Shown: positions 19,189 through 28,458 of the stretch, one piece after another
Numbering within the stretch: position 1 is the stretch's first letter
Layout of the letters: each line of letters starts with the position of its first letter
Source of the DNA: Eubacteriales bacterium
GTDB lineage: Bacteria; Bacillota; Clostridia; Oscillospirales; CAG-272
Reading direction: 5' to 3'
Assembly: GCA_045540115.1 (NCBI GenBank)
Contig: JAZQGR010000066.1
Span: forward strand, 12,354-76,353
Length of the DNA stretch: 64,000 nt
The notes under the pieces: generated by a model
The model's input: the letters and a program-made list of their open reading frames with translations, nothing else
Told to the model about the DNA's origin: nothing
Database searches by the model: none
Made by a program: the position numbers and the translations under genes

Positions 19189-20208
19189 TTACTTCGTTCC
19201 AAACTCGAACGCCGTTTCGGTAAAATACGGATGCTCGGGGTCGATATAGCACTGAGGCATATAGGGACGGTTCGGGGTGTTCGGGCTGAACTGCGTTTCG
19301 AGGCAGAAGGCGTGCAGAGGTCTTTGCGGGATCCCGCCCTTGAAGAGCGTTGGACCGTTCATAAACTCTGCCGTGTAGAGCTGAACTGCGGGAAGATCGG
19401 TATAGACCTTCATCGTTCTGCCGCTCTCGGGATCGTATGCCTCAGCCGCAAGGCGCATATTTCCGATCTTTCCCTGAAGCTGGAAGGAATGGTCAAAGGG
19501 CTGACCGATCTTCTTCGACTTTCTGAAATCGAACGCTGTTCCGGTAACGTCTGTCGGGAAGCCGAGAGGGATGAGCTTGTCGTCGAGATCGTCGTAGGTG
19601 TCGGCGTTTATCATAAGCTCCTGATCCATTACCGAGCCGCCGTCGTAGCCGTTAAGGTTGAAATACGCGTGATTCGTCATATTGAGAACGGTCTTCATAT
19701 CGGTCTCCGCCTCGTAGCGGATCGAAAGAACGTTGTCGTCATCCCAGGTGTAGGTGACCTTTACGTTAAGGTTTCCGGGATAGCCCTCGTCAAGATGGGG
19801 AGAGAAAAGGGTGAGAATAACGCTGTCGCTCTCGGGATTTTCGACAGCTTCGCTTTCCCATACGCGGCGGTTGAATCCGGCAAGTCCTCCGTGAAGATGC
19901 CAACGTCCGACCTCGTTGTTGTTTATCTTGTAAAACGTGCCGTCAATTTCAAAGCCGCCGCCTGCGATTCGGTTGCCGTAGCGTCCGATGATCGCGCCCG
20001 TGTGCGAGCCGCGGTCGTCGAAATAGTCCTTGACCGAGTCAAAGCCGCAGACAACGTCGGCAAGCACGCCGTTTTTGTCGGGCACCTTGACGCTCTGAAG
20101 GATTCCGCCCCAGGTAATGACGGTCGCGGATGCGCCGTTTTTGTTAGTCATCGTATAAGAATAGATGTCTTTTCCGACAAAGCGGTCGAAAACGCGTTTT
20201 GTAACCAT
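19189..20208 (-). CDS. galM: Aldose 1-epimerase (galactose mutarotase)
   Basis: IGRYGNRI, HLHGG, EGYPG, TNHAYFNL, FCLETQ; GGAGGAG RBS before MVTKR. Confidence 0.93.
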   Translation of the reverse strand: MVTKRVFDRFVGKDIYSYTMTNKNGASATVITWGGILQSVKVPDKNGVLADVVCGFDSVKDYFDDRGSHTGAIIGRYGNRIAGGGFEIDGTFYKINNNEVGRWHLHGGLAGFNRRVWESEAVENPESDSVILTLFSPHLDEGYPGNLNVKVTYTWDDDNVLSIRYEAETDMKTVLNMTNHAYFNLNGYDGGSVMDQELMINADTYDDLDDKLIPLGFPTDVTGTAFDFRKSKKIGQPFDHSFQLQGKIGNMRLAAEAYDPESGRTMKVYTDLPAVQLYTAEFMNGPTLFKGGIPQRPLHAFCLETQFSPNTPNRPYMPQCYIDPEHPYFTETAFEFGTK

Positions 20209-20550
20209 AAACTCCTCCGGATGGGTATTTTTTTCGCATTTCTTTTCTCGTGAAAATGAAACAAGCAGTTTTGCTTCGCAAACCTGCGCAAAGAAACACG
20301 CCAAGGAGACAACCGGCAAAATTGCGCGAGCGAATTTTGCACGTTTTCTCCTTTGGAAACCTCTTTCGATTTGCGCGAAAAACTTAAAAGTTTTGCGTAA
20401 AACCGACGAGCGAATGCGAGGCGTGAAGTTTCTTTTGAAGATTCCAGAAGAAACTTTTCTTTGCGCTCAAAGAAAAGTTTCTTTGGCACCGTTCTTTGGT
20501 CACCTTTCTTGGGTGAGCAAGAAAGGTGATAAAAGAATATTACCGTTAAA

Positions 20551-20579
20551 ATTATATCTCAATAAATGAAAAAAGTCAA
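20551..20579 (-). promoter_or_regulatory. Sigma-A promoter oriented toward galM
   Basis: Minus strand TTGACT-17nt-TATAAT. Confidence 0.7.
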
Positions 20580-20649
20580 TCGCACATTAAAAATCCCCTT
20601 AAAAATCTCAAAAAAACGTTACTTCTTTGCCAAAATGTCAAAAAACCTA

Positions 20650-20678
20650 TTGCAAAATAATAAAAAATAAGGTACAAT
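20650..20678 (+). promoter_or_regulatory. Sigma-A promoter of efp
   Basis: TTGCAA-17nt-TACAAT. Confidence 0.65.
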
Positions 20679-20722
20679 AGTATTTGTGAAAATAATGTTT
20701 ATTCATTTGGAGGAATAATAAT

Positions 20723-21280
20723 ATGGTTACAGCCGGAGATTTCAGAAACGGTCTTACCTTTGACATGGACGGAAATGTAATGCAGGTAGTTGAATTCCAG
20801 CACGTTAAGCCCGGAAAAGGCGCCGCTTTTGTCCGCACAAAGATCAAGAACGTAATTACAGGATCGGTTATTGAGAGAACCTTCTCTCCTACCGATAAGT
20901 TCGAGAACGCATACATCGAAAGAAAGGAAATGGAATACCTTTACAGCGATGGCGAGCTCTACTACTTCATGGATATCGAGACTTACGAGCAGACTCCCCT
21001 TGAGGCGTCCAAGCTCGACGATAACTTCCGTTTCGTTAAGGAAAATATGACTTGTAAGATCCTTTCCTACAAGGGCAACGTATTCTCCGTTGAGCCCCCC
21101 ACGTTTGTTGAGCTTGAGGTTACCGATACCGAGCCCGGATTCAAGGGAGATACCGCTACCGGTACAACCAAGCCCGCTACTCTTGAGACCGGTGCTACCG
21201 TTAAGGTTCCGCTCTTCATTGACATCGGAGACGTTCTTAAGATCGATACCCGCACGGGCGAATATATCGAGCGCGCATAA
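20723..21280 (+). CDS. efp: Translation elongation factor P
   Basis: [31 protein letters not shown]. Confidence 0.98.
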   Translation: MVTAGDFRNGLTFDMDGNVMQVVEFQHVKPGKGAAFVRTKIKNVITGSVIERTFSPTDKFENAYIERKEMEYLYSDGELYYFMDIETYEQTPLEASKLDDNFRFVKENMTCKILSYKGNVFSVEPPTFVELEVTDTEPGFKGDTATGTTKPATLETGATVKVPLFIDIGDVLKIDTRTGEYIERA

Positions 21281-21337
21281 CTGAAATTTAAACGCCGATG
21301 GGAGCCCCTGTCGGCGTTTTTCTGTAATTTTTTAATA

Positions 21338-21700
21338 ATGGAGGAAACTAAAGTGAACATTACCGAAAAGACCGCATATCTTAAGGGCCTGCTTGCAGGA
21401 CTTAATATCGACGAGAGCAAGCCTGAGGGCAAGCTCCTGACTGCTATCGTTGAAACTCTCGATGAGATGGCAAACGAAATCGCTGACCTTGGCGACGTAG
21501 CTGAGTACCTTGAGGACTATATAGACGAGGTCGACCACGATCTCGGAGACCTCGAGACCGAGTACTATGACATCTACGATGAAGATGACGACGACGATGA
21601 CGATGATTACTGCTTCTGCGACGACTGCGACGAGGAGGACTGCACCGACTGCATCCTTTGCGACGAGGACGACGAGGCAGAGACCGAGGACGAGGAATAA
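21338..21700 (+). CDS. Acidic protein, CD1247-N-terminal-like, with Cys-containing Asp/Glu tail
   Basis: EKTAYLKGLLAGL..EGKLL N-terminus typical of the gene after efp in Clostridia; true start may be GTG at 21353. Confidence 0.75.
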   Translation: MEETKVNITEKTAYLKGLLAGLNIDESKPEGKLLTAIVETLDEMANEIADLGDVAEYLEDYIDEVDHDLGDLETEYYDIYDEDDDDDDDDYCFCDDCDEEDCTDCILCDEDDEAETEDEE

Positions 21701-21718
21701 TCCTTAAAAGCAAACGCG

Positions 21719-21759
21719 CGCCCCTTACCGAAATGAATAATCGGCAAGGGGCGTTTTTT
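21719..21759 (+). terminator. Intrinsic terminator
   Basis: CGCCCCTTACCGA..TCGGCAAGGGGCG followed by TTTTTT. Confidence 0.75.
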
Positions 21760-21788
21760 AAAACGTGAGATATCGGAGGTGCCGCATT

Positions 21789-23276
21789 GTGAGTACTGAA
21801 ATACCGTCTGTATCTATCTGGACAAGACACAGCTACGATAAGATACGCGTCGAAACGAGAACACCCAAAAACGCAAAGACGAGCTATACGGCTTATCTTG
21901 CCAAAAACGAGACTTCGGGCGTGAATATTGCCCTCCGCTCAGAAGCGGACACGGAGCTCCTTAATTTCAAGGTGCTTTCGGGAGAGAACGAATACGTAAA
22001 GGTGGAAATATTCCACGTCGAAAAGATCCTGAAGCTGAAGGGAAAATATTGGACGGATCCTGCGTGTCCGCTCGGGCCTGACAAGTCCTTCCGCCTCGAA
22101 AAGAAAAAGACTATGGCTATCCTTGCCGACTTCAGGACGGACGTTAACACCCCCGCAGGCGATTACGCCTACGAGCTCGGAGTGACAGACGAAAGGGGAG
22201 ATATCGTTTGTAAGGTCGATATCACCGTTCACGTCTGGAATTTTGCGATGCCGACCGCGCCGAGGTTTCAGACGGCGATGGGAAATCATTTCGGACAGCT
22301 TGAACACTACGAAATGCTCCTTGAACACAACCTGACACCCTATACGATCCCGTACGATCTTCTCGATGAGCGCGCAGACAAATATTTGTCTGACCCGCGT
22401 GTGACGTCCTTTAAGATCCCGACGGATTTTGGCGATGAAAATATTATAGAAAAGCTTACCGCTTACTATAATAAAATAAAGGAAAACCCCGAATGGCGGA
22501 GCAAGGCGTATTTTTACCCGATCGACGAGCCGTCGTCAGTCGAGGAGCTTGATCGCTTTGAAAACCGATGCAAAAAGCTCCGCGAGCTTTTCCCGGATAT
22601 TAAAATCACGGTTCCTTACTATAAGGATCTTCAGATATCGCCCGACCTCGACCAGATCGACTTTATGAGCAGGTATATAGATCTCCATTGTCCGAAGCTT
22701 GCCCTCTGGGATGACGATCAGGTATATAACGAGGAACAGATCAAGAGGTATCCCTCCTTCGCATCCCGAATGAAGGCCTTGCAGGAAAAGGGTGATACCG
22801 TCTGGGCGTACGTTTGTAACTATCCTCTTGCTCCTTATCTCAACGTAAAGGTCGACGACGAGGGAATTGTCAGCCGCGTTCTTTTCTGGCAGTTCTACCA
22901 AAGAGATATAGACGGCTTCCTTTACTGGCAATCCTCGTGGTACGGCGCGCTCGGAAACGGTGAAAACCCTTGGGATAGCGTAGACACCTTCCGTAACGGC
23001 ATTTACGGCGACGGAATACTCATTTACACGGGTACGGGAGCAGGGCTTCCGAGAAGCACGCCGATTGCTTCCATACGCTTGAAGATCATGCGTGACGGCC
23101 TTGCGGATATCGAGCTTCTTTATATGGCTGAGGAGCTCTTCGGCCGTGAATGGGTGGATAAAAGAGTGAACAAGGTGACAAAGACGCTTAAAAGCGTTGA
23201 CGTTTCGTCCGACAAATTTGCCGCCATTCGCGTTGAGATCGGTAACGCGATAGAATCCGCACTCAACAAAAAATAA
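21789..23276 (+). CDS. DUF4091/GH123-like glycoside hydrolase, paralog 1 (no signal peptide)
   Basis: YFYPIDEP DE dyad, WAYVC, GFLYW, GDGILIY, SIRLKIMRDG; GGAGGT RBS before GTG 21789. Confidence 0.8.
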   Translation: MSTEIPSVSIWTRHSYDKIRVETRTPKNAKTSYTAYLAKNETSGVNIALRSEADTELLNFKVLSGENEYVKVEIFHVEKILKLKGKYWTDPACPLGPDKSFRLEKKKTMAILADFRTDVNTPAGDYAYELGVTDERGDIVCKVDITVHVWNFAMPTAPRFQTAMGNHFGQLEHYEMLLEHNLTPYTIPYDLLDERADKYLSDPRVTSFKIPTDFGDENIIEKLTAYYNKIKENPEWRSKAYFYPIDEPSSVEELDRFENRCKKLRELFPDIKITVPYYKDLQISPDLDQIDFMSRYIDLHCPKLALWDDDQVYNEEQIKRYPSFASRMKALQEKGDTVWAYVCNYPLAPYLNVKVDDEGIVSRVLFWQFYQRDIDGFLYWQSSWYGALGNGENPWDSVDTFRNGIYGDGILIYTGTGAGLPRSTPIASIRLKIMRDGLADIELLYMAEELFGREWVDKRVNKVTKTLKSVDVSSDKFAAIRVEIGNAIESALNKK

Positions 23277-23295
23277 CTACTTTCAGGAGATAATT

Positions 23296-24867
23296 ATGAA
23301 AAAAATAATCAGCGCACTTCTTTCAATCATAATGATCGCGACGGTTTTCGCATCCTGCGACAAAAAGGAGCCGACAGACAAAAAACCGAGCACGTCAGGT
23401 GACGGCGAAACTCTCGTTATGTGGACTGCACACAGCTACGATAAGCTCCGTACCGAAATGAAAGCTCCCGCAAATCCTCAGACCGAGTACACCGTTTCGC
23501 TCGCTAAAAATGAGACCGAAAGCGCGAACATCGGTATCCGTACAAATTTCGATACCAAGCTTCTTAATTTCAAGCTTCTTTCGGGTGATAACGAGCATAT
23601 CGAAGTTGAGATCTTCCACGTTATGGAGATCCTTAAGTCCAAGCGTAAGCAGTGGACCGATCCCACAGCTCCCCTCGGCCCCGGCAAGCGCTTCAAGATA
23701 AATAAGGACGAGACGATGGCGATCCTTGTCGACTTCAAGACTACCGCCGACACCCCCGCAGGCGACTACGTTTATGAGTTCGGTGTAACCGACTCGAAGG
23801 GCGTTGTCCTCAACAAGGTCAAGATCACGGTTCACGTCTGGAATTTCGCTATGCCGGAGGGACACAAGTTCCAAAGCGCTGTCGGTAATCACCGCGAAAA
23901 CTACGAAATGCTTCTCGAGCATAATCTGAGCGGCTACGATCTGCCCTGCGATATCCTCGATCCCGAGGCTGATGCATATATGTCCGATCCTCGCGTGACC
24001 TCCTTCAGAATCCCGCTCGACTACGGCAGAGAGGACAACATCGAAAGAGCAACCGCTTATTACAATAAGATCAAGGAAAACCCTGTATGGCTTGCCAAGG
24101 CATACTTCTATCCGATCGACGAACCGTCGGACGCCGAGGCACTTGAAAAGTTCGAAGCTCGTTGCAAGGAGCTCCGCCAGCTCTTCCCCGAGGTAAAGAT
24201 CACGGTTCCTTATTACAAGAACCTTCAGATAACCCCCGAGCTCGACCAGATCGACTTCATGGATAAATACATTGATCTCCATTGCCCGAAGCTCGCGCTC
24301 TGGAACGAGGATCAGATATACGATGACTATCAGATGACAAAATATCCGACCTTCGACGAAAGAATGGAGGCGCTTCAGGCAAAGGGCGAGACCGTTTGGG
24401 CTTACGTTTGTAACTATCCCGAAGCACCCTTCCTTAACGTTAAGGTCGATGATGAGGGAATCGTTTCCCGAGTTCTATTCTGGCAGTTCTATCAGAGAAG
24501 CATAGAAGGCTTCCTATACTGGCATTCCTCCTATTACGCTATGCTCGGTAACGGCGGAAATCCGTGGGGCAGTGTTGACACCTTCCAGAACGGCATCTAC
24601 GGCGACGGAATCCTCATTTACACCGGTACCGGTGCAGGACTTGGACAGAATACACCTGTCGCTTCTATCCGTCTGAAGATAATTCGCGACGGTATCGACG
24701 ATATCGAGCTTCTCTATATGGCAGAGGAGCTGTTCGGACGCGAGTGGGTTGACGAGAGAGCCGATAAGGTCTCGAAGTCGCTTACCACCGTCGACGTAAC
24801 AAGCGATCAGTTTGCCGCCCTCCGTATAGAGATCGGCAACGCCATCGAAAAAGAGCTCAACAAATAA
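23296..24867 (+). CDS. DUF4091/GH123-like glycoside hydrolase lipoprotein, paralog 2
   Basis: Lipobox VFASC; same DE, GFLYW, GDG, SIRL motifs. Confidence 0.82.
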   Translation: MKKIISALLSIIMIATVFASCDKKEPTDKKPSTSGDGETLVMWTAHSYDKLRTEMKAPANPQTEYTVSLAKNETESANIGIRTNFDTKLLNFKLLSGDNEHIEVEIFHVMEILKSKRKQWTDPTAPLGPGKRFKINKDETMAILVDFKTTADTPAGDYVYEFGVTDSKGVVLNKVKITVHVWNFAMPEGHKFQSAVGNHRENYEMLLEHNLSGYDLPCDILDPEADAYMSDPRVTSFRIPLDYGREDNIERATAYYNKIKENPVWLAKAYFYPIDEPSDAEALEKFEARCKELRQLFPEVKITVPYYKNLQITPELDQIDFMDKYIDLHCPKLALWNEDQIYDDYQMTKYPTFDERMEALQAKGETVWAYVCNYPEAPFLNVKVDDEGIVSRVLFWQFYQRSIEGFLYWHSSYYAMLGNGGNPWGSVDTFQNGIYGDGILIYTGTGAGLGQNTPVASIRLKIIRDGIDDIELLYMAEELFGREWVDERADKVSKSLTTVDVTSDQFAALRIEIGNAIEKELNK

Positions 24868-24876
24868 TCTGACCGT

Positions 24877-24904
24877 GCGGGCGGATTTATCCGCCCGCCT
24901 TTTT
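24877..24904 (+). terminator. Intrinsic terminator
   Basis: GCGGGCGGA-TTTA-TCCGCCCGC then CTTTTT; a related hairpin follows paralog 4 (28138-28158). Confidence 0.75.
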
Positions 24905-24936
24905 GAACTAAAGCTATGACGCTTTCAGGAGAAACT

Positions 24937-26493
24937 ATGAAAAAAATACTCAGTACGATTTTAGCAACGTTGACGCTTATGCCCGCTTTTGTCTCCTGTT
25001 CAGGTGGCGGCGGAGTCGAAAATCAGCCGAAGGAGCCGACGATTTCTATGTGGGCAGGACACGGTTACGATAAACTCCGCGAGGAGATGAGTATGCCCGA
25101 CGATGCAAGCACGGATCATATCGTATATATCGCAAAGAACGAGAGCGAGGCGGCAAATATCGCGCTCCGCTCCGACGCTGATACCGAGCTTCTTAATTTC
25201 AAGGTCGTTTCGGGAAATAACGAGCACGTTTCGGTTTCCGTATATCACGCAAGACCTGTTCTGAAGCTGAAAAGAAAGGTATATACCGATCCGCTGGCGC
25301 CTCTCGGTGCAGGCTCTCGTTTCAAGCTTGAAGCCGATAAAACAATGGCGATCCTCGTTGATTTCAAGACGACGGCAGAAACTCCCGCGGGCGATTATCT
25401 TTATGAGTTTGCGGTGACTGACTCGAAGGGTAACGTTCTGAATAAGGTGAAGATAACCCTTCACGTATGGAATTTCGCAATGCCCGAGGACGTTACCTTC
25501 CAGACCTCGATAGGCGGAAATATTCATAAGACGCTTTACGATCTGCTCCTTGAGCATAATATGTGCGAGCGTCAGCTCCCCTACGATATTCTCGATCCGC
25601 GCGCCGACGAATATATGTCGAACCCGCGCGTGACCGCCTTCAGGATCCCCTTCTGGGACGGTAACACCTCCGATGAAAAGCTTGTCGAGTATTATAATAA
25701 GCTTAAGACGAACCCCGTTTGGTTCGAAAAGGCATTCTTCTATCCCGTCGACGAGCCGTCGACTCCCGAAGCGGCAAAGAAGCTGACCGATTACTGTGTT
25801 CACTTAAGCGAGCTTTGCCCCGGCATCAGAATAACCTCCCCCTATTATAAGAACGTACAGATGACTCCCGAGCTCGACCAGATCGACTATATGGATCAGT
25901 ATATGGATCTTCATTGTCCCAAGCTTTCAAACTGGGACGACGACACTATATACAGTGCCGAGCAGAAGGAAAGATACCCCTCCTTCGCTGACAGAATGAC
26001 GGCAATGCAGGAGAAGGGCGAGACGGTATGGACATACGTTTGCAACTATCCGCTCGCGCCTTACCTTAACGTAAAGGTCGATGATGAGGGACTTGGAAGC
26101 CGCGTTCTTTTCTGGCAGATGTATCAGAGAAATATCGAGGGCTTCCTATATTGGAACAGCTGTTACTATTCAAGGCTTCCCAATAACGACCCGTGGTCGA
26201 GCGTAGATACCTTCGGAAACGGTATCTACGGCGACGGAATCCTCGTTTATCCCGGTGCCGAGATCGGCGCTCCCGGAACATATCTTCCGTCGATCAGACT
26301 CAAGATAATGCGCGACGGTATCGAGGATATAGAGCTGCTTTATCTTGCGGAGAATATGTTCGGACGCGAGTGGGTTGACGAGAGGGCAAACAAGGTTTCG
26401 AAGTCGCTTACCACCGTCGACGTAACGAGTGACGAGCTCGCCGCCCTCCGTATAGAGATCGGCAACGCTATCGAAAAAGAAATGAATAAATAA
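24937..26493 (+). CDS. DUF4091/GH123-like glycoside hydrolase lipoprotein, paralog 3
   Basis: Lipobox FVSC; FFYPVDEP; same C-terminal motifs. Confidence 0.82.
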   Translation: MKKILSTILATLTLMPAFVSCSGGGGVENQPKEPTISMWAGHGYDKLREEMSMPDDASTDHIVYIAKNESEAANIALRSDADTELLNFKVVSGNNEHVSVSVYHARPVLKLKRKVYTDPLAPLGAGSRFKLEADKTMAILVDFKTTAETPAGDYLYEFAVTDSKGNVLNKVKITLHVWNFAMPEDVTFQTSIGGNIHKTLYDLLLEHNMCERQLPYDILDPRADEYMSNPRVTAFRIPFWDGNTSDEKLVEYYNKLKTNPVWFEKAFFYPVDEPSTPEAAKKLTDYCVHLSELCPGIRITSPYYKNVQMTPELDQIDYMDQYMDLHCPKLSNWDDDTIYSAEQKERYPSFADRMTAMQEKGETVWTYVCNYPLAPYLNVKVDDEGLGSRVLFWQMYQRNIEGFLYWNSCYYSRLPNNDPWSSVDTFGNGIYGDGILVYPGAEIGAPGTYLPSIRLKIMRDGIEDIELLYLAENMFGREWVDERANKVSKSLTTVDVTSDELAALRIEIGNAIEKEMNK

Positions 26494-26529
26494 AGGCTTT
26501 GAATCTATTCAAACGAAAGGAGATATACA

Positions 26530-28128
26530 GTGAAAAGATTATTATCAGCATTATTTGTAGTGACTATGTTAATTACTCTGCTTGCCTCCTGCGATAAAAA
26601 GGAACCGGAAAAGAAAGAGGATCCGGCTCCTGACGTTCATGCCGTTTCCGTCTGGGTTGCTCACGGCTTTGATAAGCTTCGAACCGAGTCGACAGCGCCT
26701 GAAAACGCTAAGACCGAGCATACGGTTTACGTCGCGAAAAACGAAAGCGAGGGCGTTCATATCGGAATACGCTCTGATTCTCATACGGGACTTAGCCGTT
26801 TCGTGATGCTTTCGGGCGAAAATGAGAATATCAGCTGCAGCTATTATCAGGTTAAGGAGATCCTGAACCTCGATGGCAAGCAGTGGACGGATCCTCTTGC
26901 TCAGATTGATCCGAACAAGCGATTCAGACTTACAAAGGACGAGACGATGGCGGTCTACGTTGACTTTAAGACAACGTCACAGACGCCGGCAGGAGAGTAC
27001 GATTACGAATTTGCTCTTATCGATTCAAATAACAACGTTATGGGAAGGGCGAAGATAACGGTTCACGTCTGGGATTTTGCTATGCCGAAGGAGCTGACTT
27101 TCCAAAGTGCGGTAGGAAATACTTCTTCAAATAAAATATTCCCCGAGGATGTCCACTACGAAATGCTTCTTGAGCATAACCTCAGCGGCTACCGCCTGCC
27201 GGTCGACATCCTCTCCGACGAGGCAGATGAATATATGTCAAACCCGCGTGTGACCTCGTTCGAAGTGCCCGTTCCGAAAAATAAGGATAACACGATCGAC
27301 ACGGAAAAGATCCGTGCTTACCGCGATAAGCTGATAACAGATCCCGTGTGGCTGGAAAAAGCGTATTTTTATCCGATTGATGAGCCGTCCGATCTGAAAA
27401 AGCTTGGAGAATTTGAAAACATTTGCAAGCAGCTTCGCGAGCTGTGCCCCGAAATTAAGATTACTGTCCCTTATTATAAGAACGTTCAGGTAACTCCCGA
27501 GCTCGACCAGATTGATTTCATGGATCAGTACGTTGACCTCCATTGTCCGAAGCTCGCAAGCTGGAATGACGACGTTATTTACAGCGAGGAGCAGAAGGCG
27601 AAGTACCCTTCGTTCGCAGAGCGAATGAAGGCTCTTCAGAAGAAGGATGAAACAGTCTGGACATACGTTTGTAACTATCCGCTCGCGCCTTATCTTAACG
27701 TTAAGGTCAATGATGAAGGAATTGTCAGCCGTGTTCTCTTCTGGCAGTTCTATCAGAGAGATATAGAGGGCTTCCTGTATTGGCATTCGTCGTACTATTC
27801 ACAGCTCGGTAACGGCGGAGATCCGTGGAAGAGCGTCGATACCTTCGGAAACGGCATCTACGGAGACGGAATCCTGCTCTACACAGGCAACGGTATAGGT
27901 CTTCCAAAAACAACTCCGGTTCCGTCGATCAGACTCAAGATAATCCGCGACGGCATCGACGATATTGAGCTTCTCTATATGGCAGAGGAGCTGTTCGGAC
28001 GCGAATGGGTTGACGAAAGAGCAAATAAGGTTTCTAAGTCGCTCACGACCGTCGACGTAACGAGTGACGAGCTTGCCGCCCTCCGTATAGAGATCGGCAA
28101 CGCTATCGAAAAAGAGCTGAATAAATAA
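26530..28128 (+). CDS. DUF4091/GH123-like glycoside hydrolase lipoprotein, paralog 4
   Basis: Lipobox LLASC; YFYPIDEP; same C-terminal motifs. Confidence 0.82.
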   Translation: MKRLLSALFVVTMLITLLASCDKKEPEKKEDPAPDVHAVSVWVAHGFDKLRTESTAPENAKTEHTVYVAKNESEGVHIGIRSDSHTGLSRFVMLSGENENISCSYYQVKEILNLDGKQWTDPLAQIDPNKRFRLTKDETMAVYVDFKTTSQTPAGEYDYEFALIDSNNNVMGRAKITVHVWDFAMPKELTFQSAVGNTSSNKIFPEDVHYEMLLEHNLSGYRLPVDILSDEADEYMSNPRVTSFEVPVPKNKDNTIDTEKIRAYRDKLITDPVWLEKAYFYPIDEPSDLKKLGEFENICKQLRELCPEIKITVPYYKNVQVTPELDQIDFMDQYVDLHCPKLASWNDDVIYSEEQKAKYPSFAERMKALQKKDETVWTYVCNYPLAPYLNVKVNDEGIVSRVLFWQFYQRDIEGFLYWHSSYYSQLGNGGDPWKSVDTFGNGIYGDGILLYTGNGIGLPKTTPVPSIRLKIIRDGIDDIELLYMAEELFGREWVDERANKVSKSLTTVDVTSDELAALRIEIGNAIEKELNK

Positions 28129-28236
28129 TCAAGCCGTGCGGGCGGAGCGATCCGCCCGTATTATGTTCACTCTATTGTAAACTTCAGGATGCTTGACGAC
28201 CATACGAACAATGTGGCGAAGCGTTTGAACGCCCTT

Positions 28237-28351
28237 GTAGGGGCGACCCTTGGGAACCCCCAAAGCTCATTTTATTCGCTTCGGGGAACCCCGATATTGG
28301 TCTCCCGTTTGTAAGTGGTGCAAATTGCGGGCGACCATTGGTCGCCCCTAC
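28237..28351. repeat. Inverted pair of GTAG-type REPs (REPIN-like); left copy carries a 47-nt insertion
   Basis: GTAGGGGCGACC.. at 28237 and CGGGCGACCATTGGTCGCCCCTAC at 28328-28351. Confidence 0.85.
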
Positions 28352-28458
28352 AATGTAATTTCAAGCGTTATCGTATGGGTGACCACGTTTCATCCCCGCC
28401 ATACAAATAACATGGCGAAGAATCTACGCAAATTTCAATTCCCAAGGAGATTCCCAAT

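Noticed and set aside
20209-20319. N-terminal extension of galM in the ORF track
   Set aside because: Strong GGAGGAG RBS precedes the ATG at 20208; the extension runs into the structured leader
21789-28128. Diversity-generating retroelement or invertible (shufflon) locus for the four paralogs
   Set aside because: No reverse transcriptase or recombinase, all copies are direct and full length, and differences are not adenine-specific
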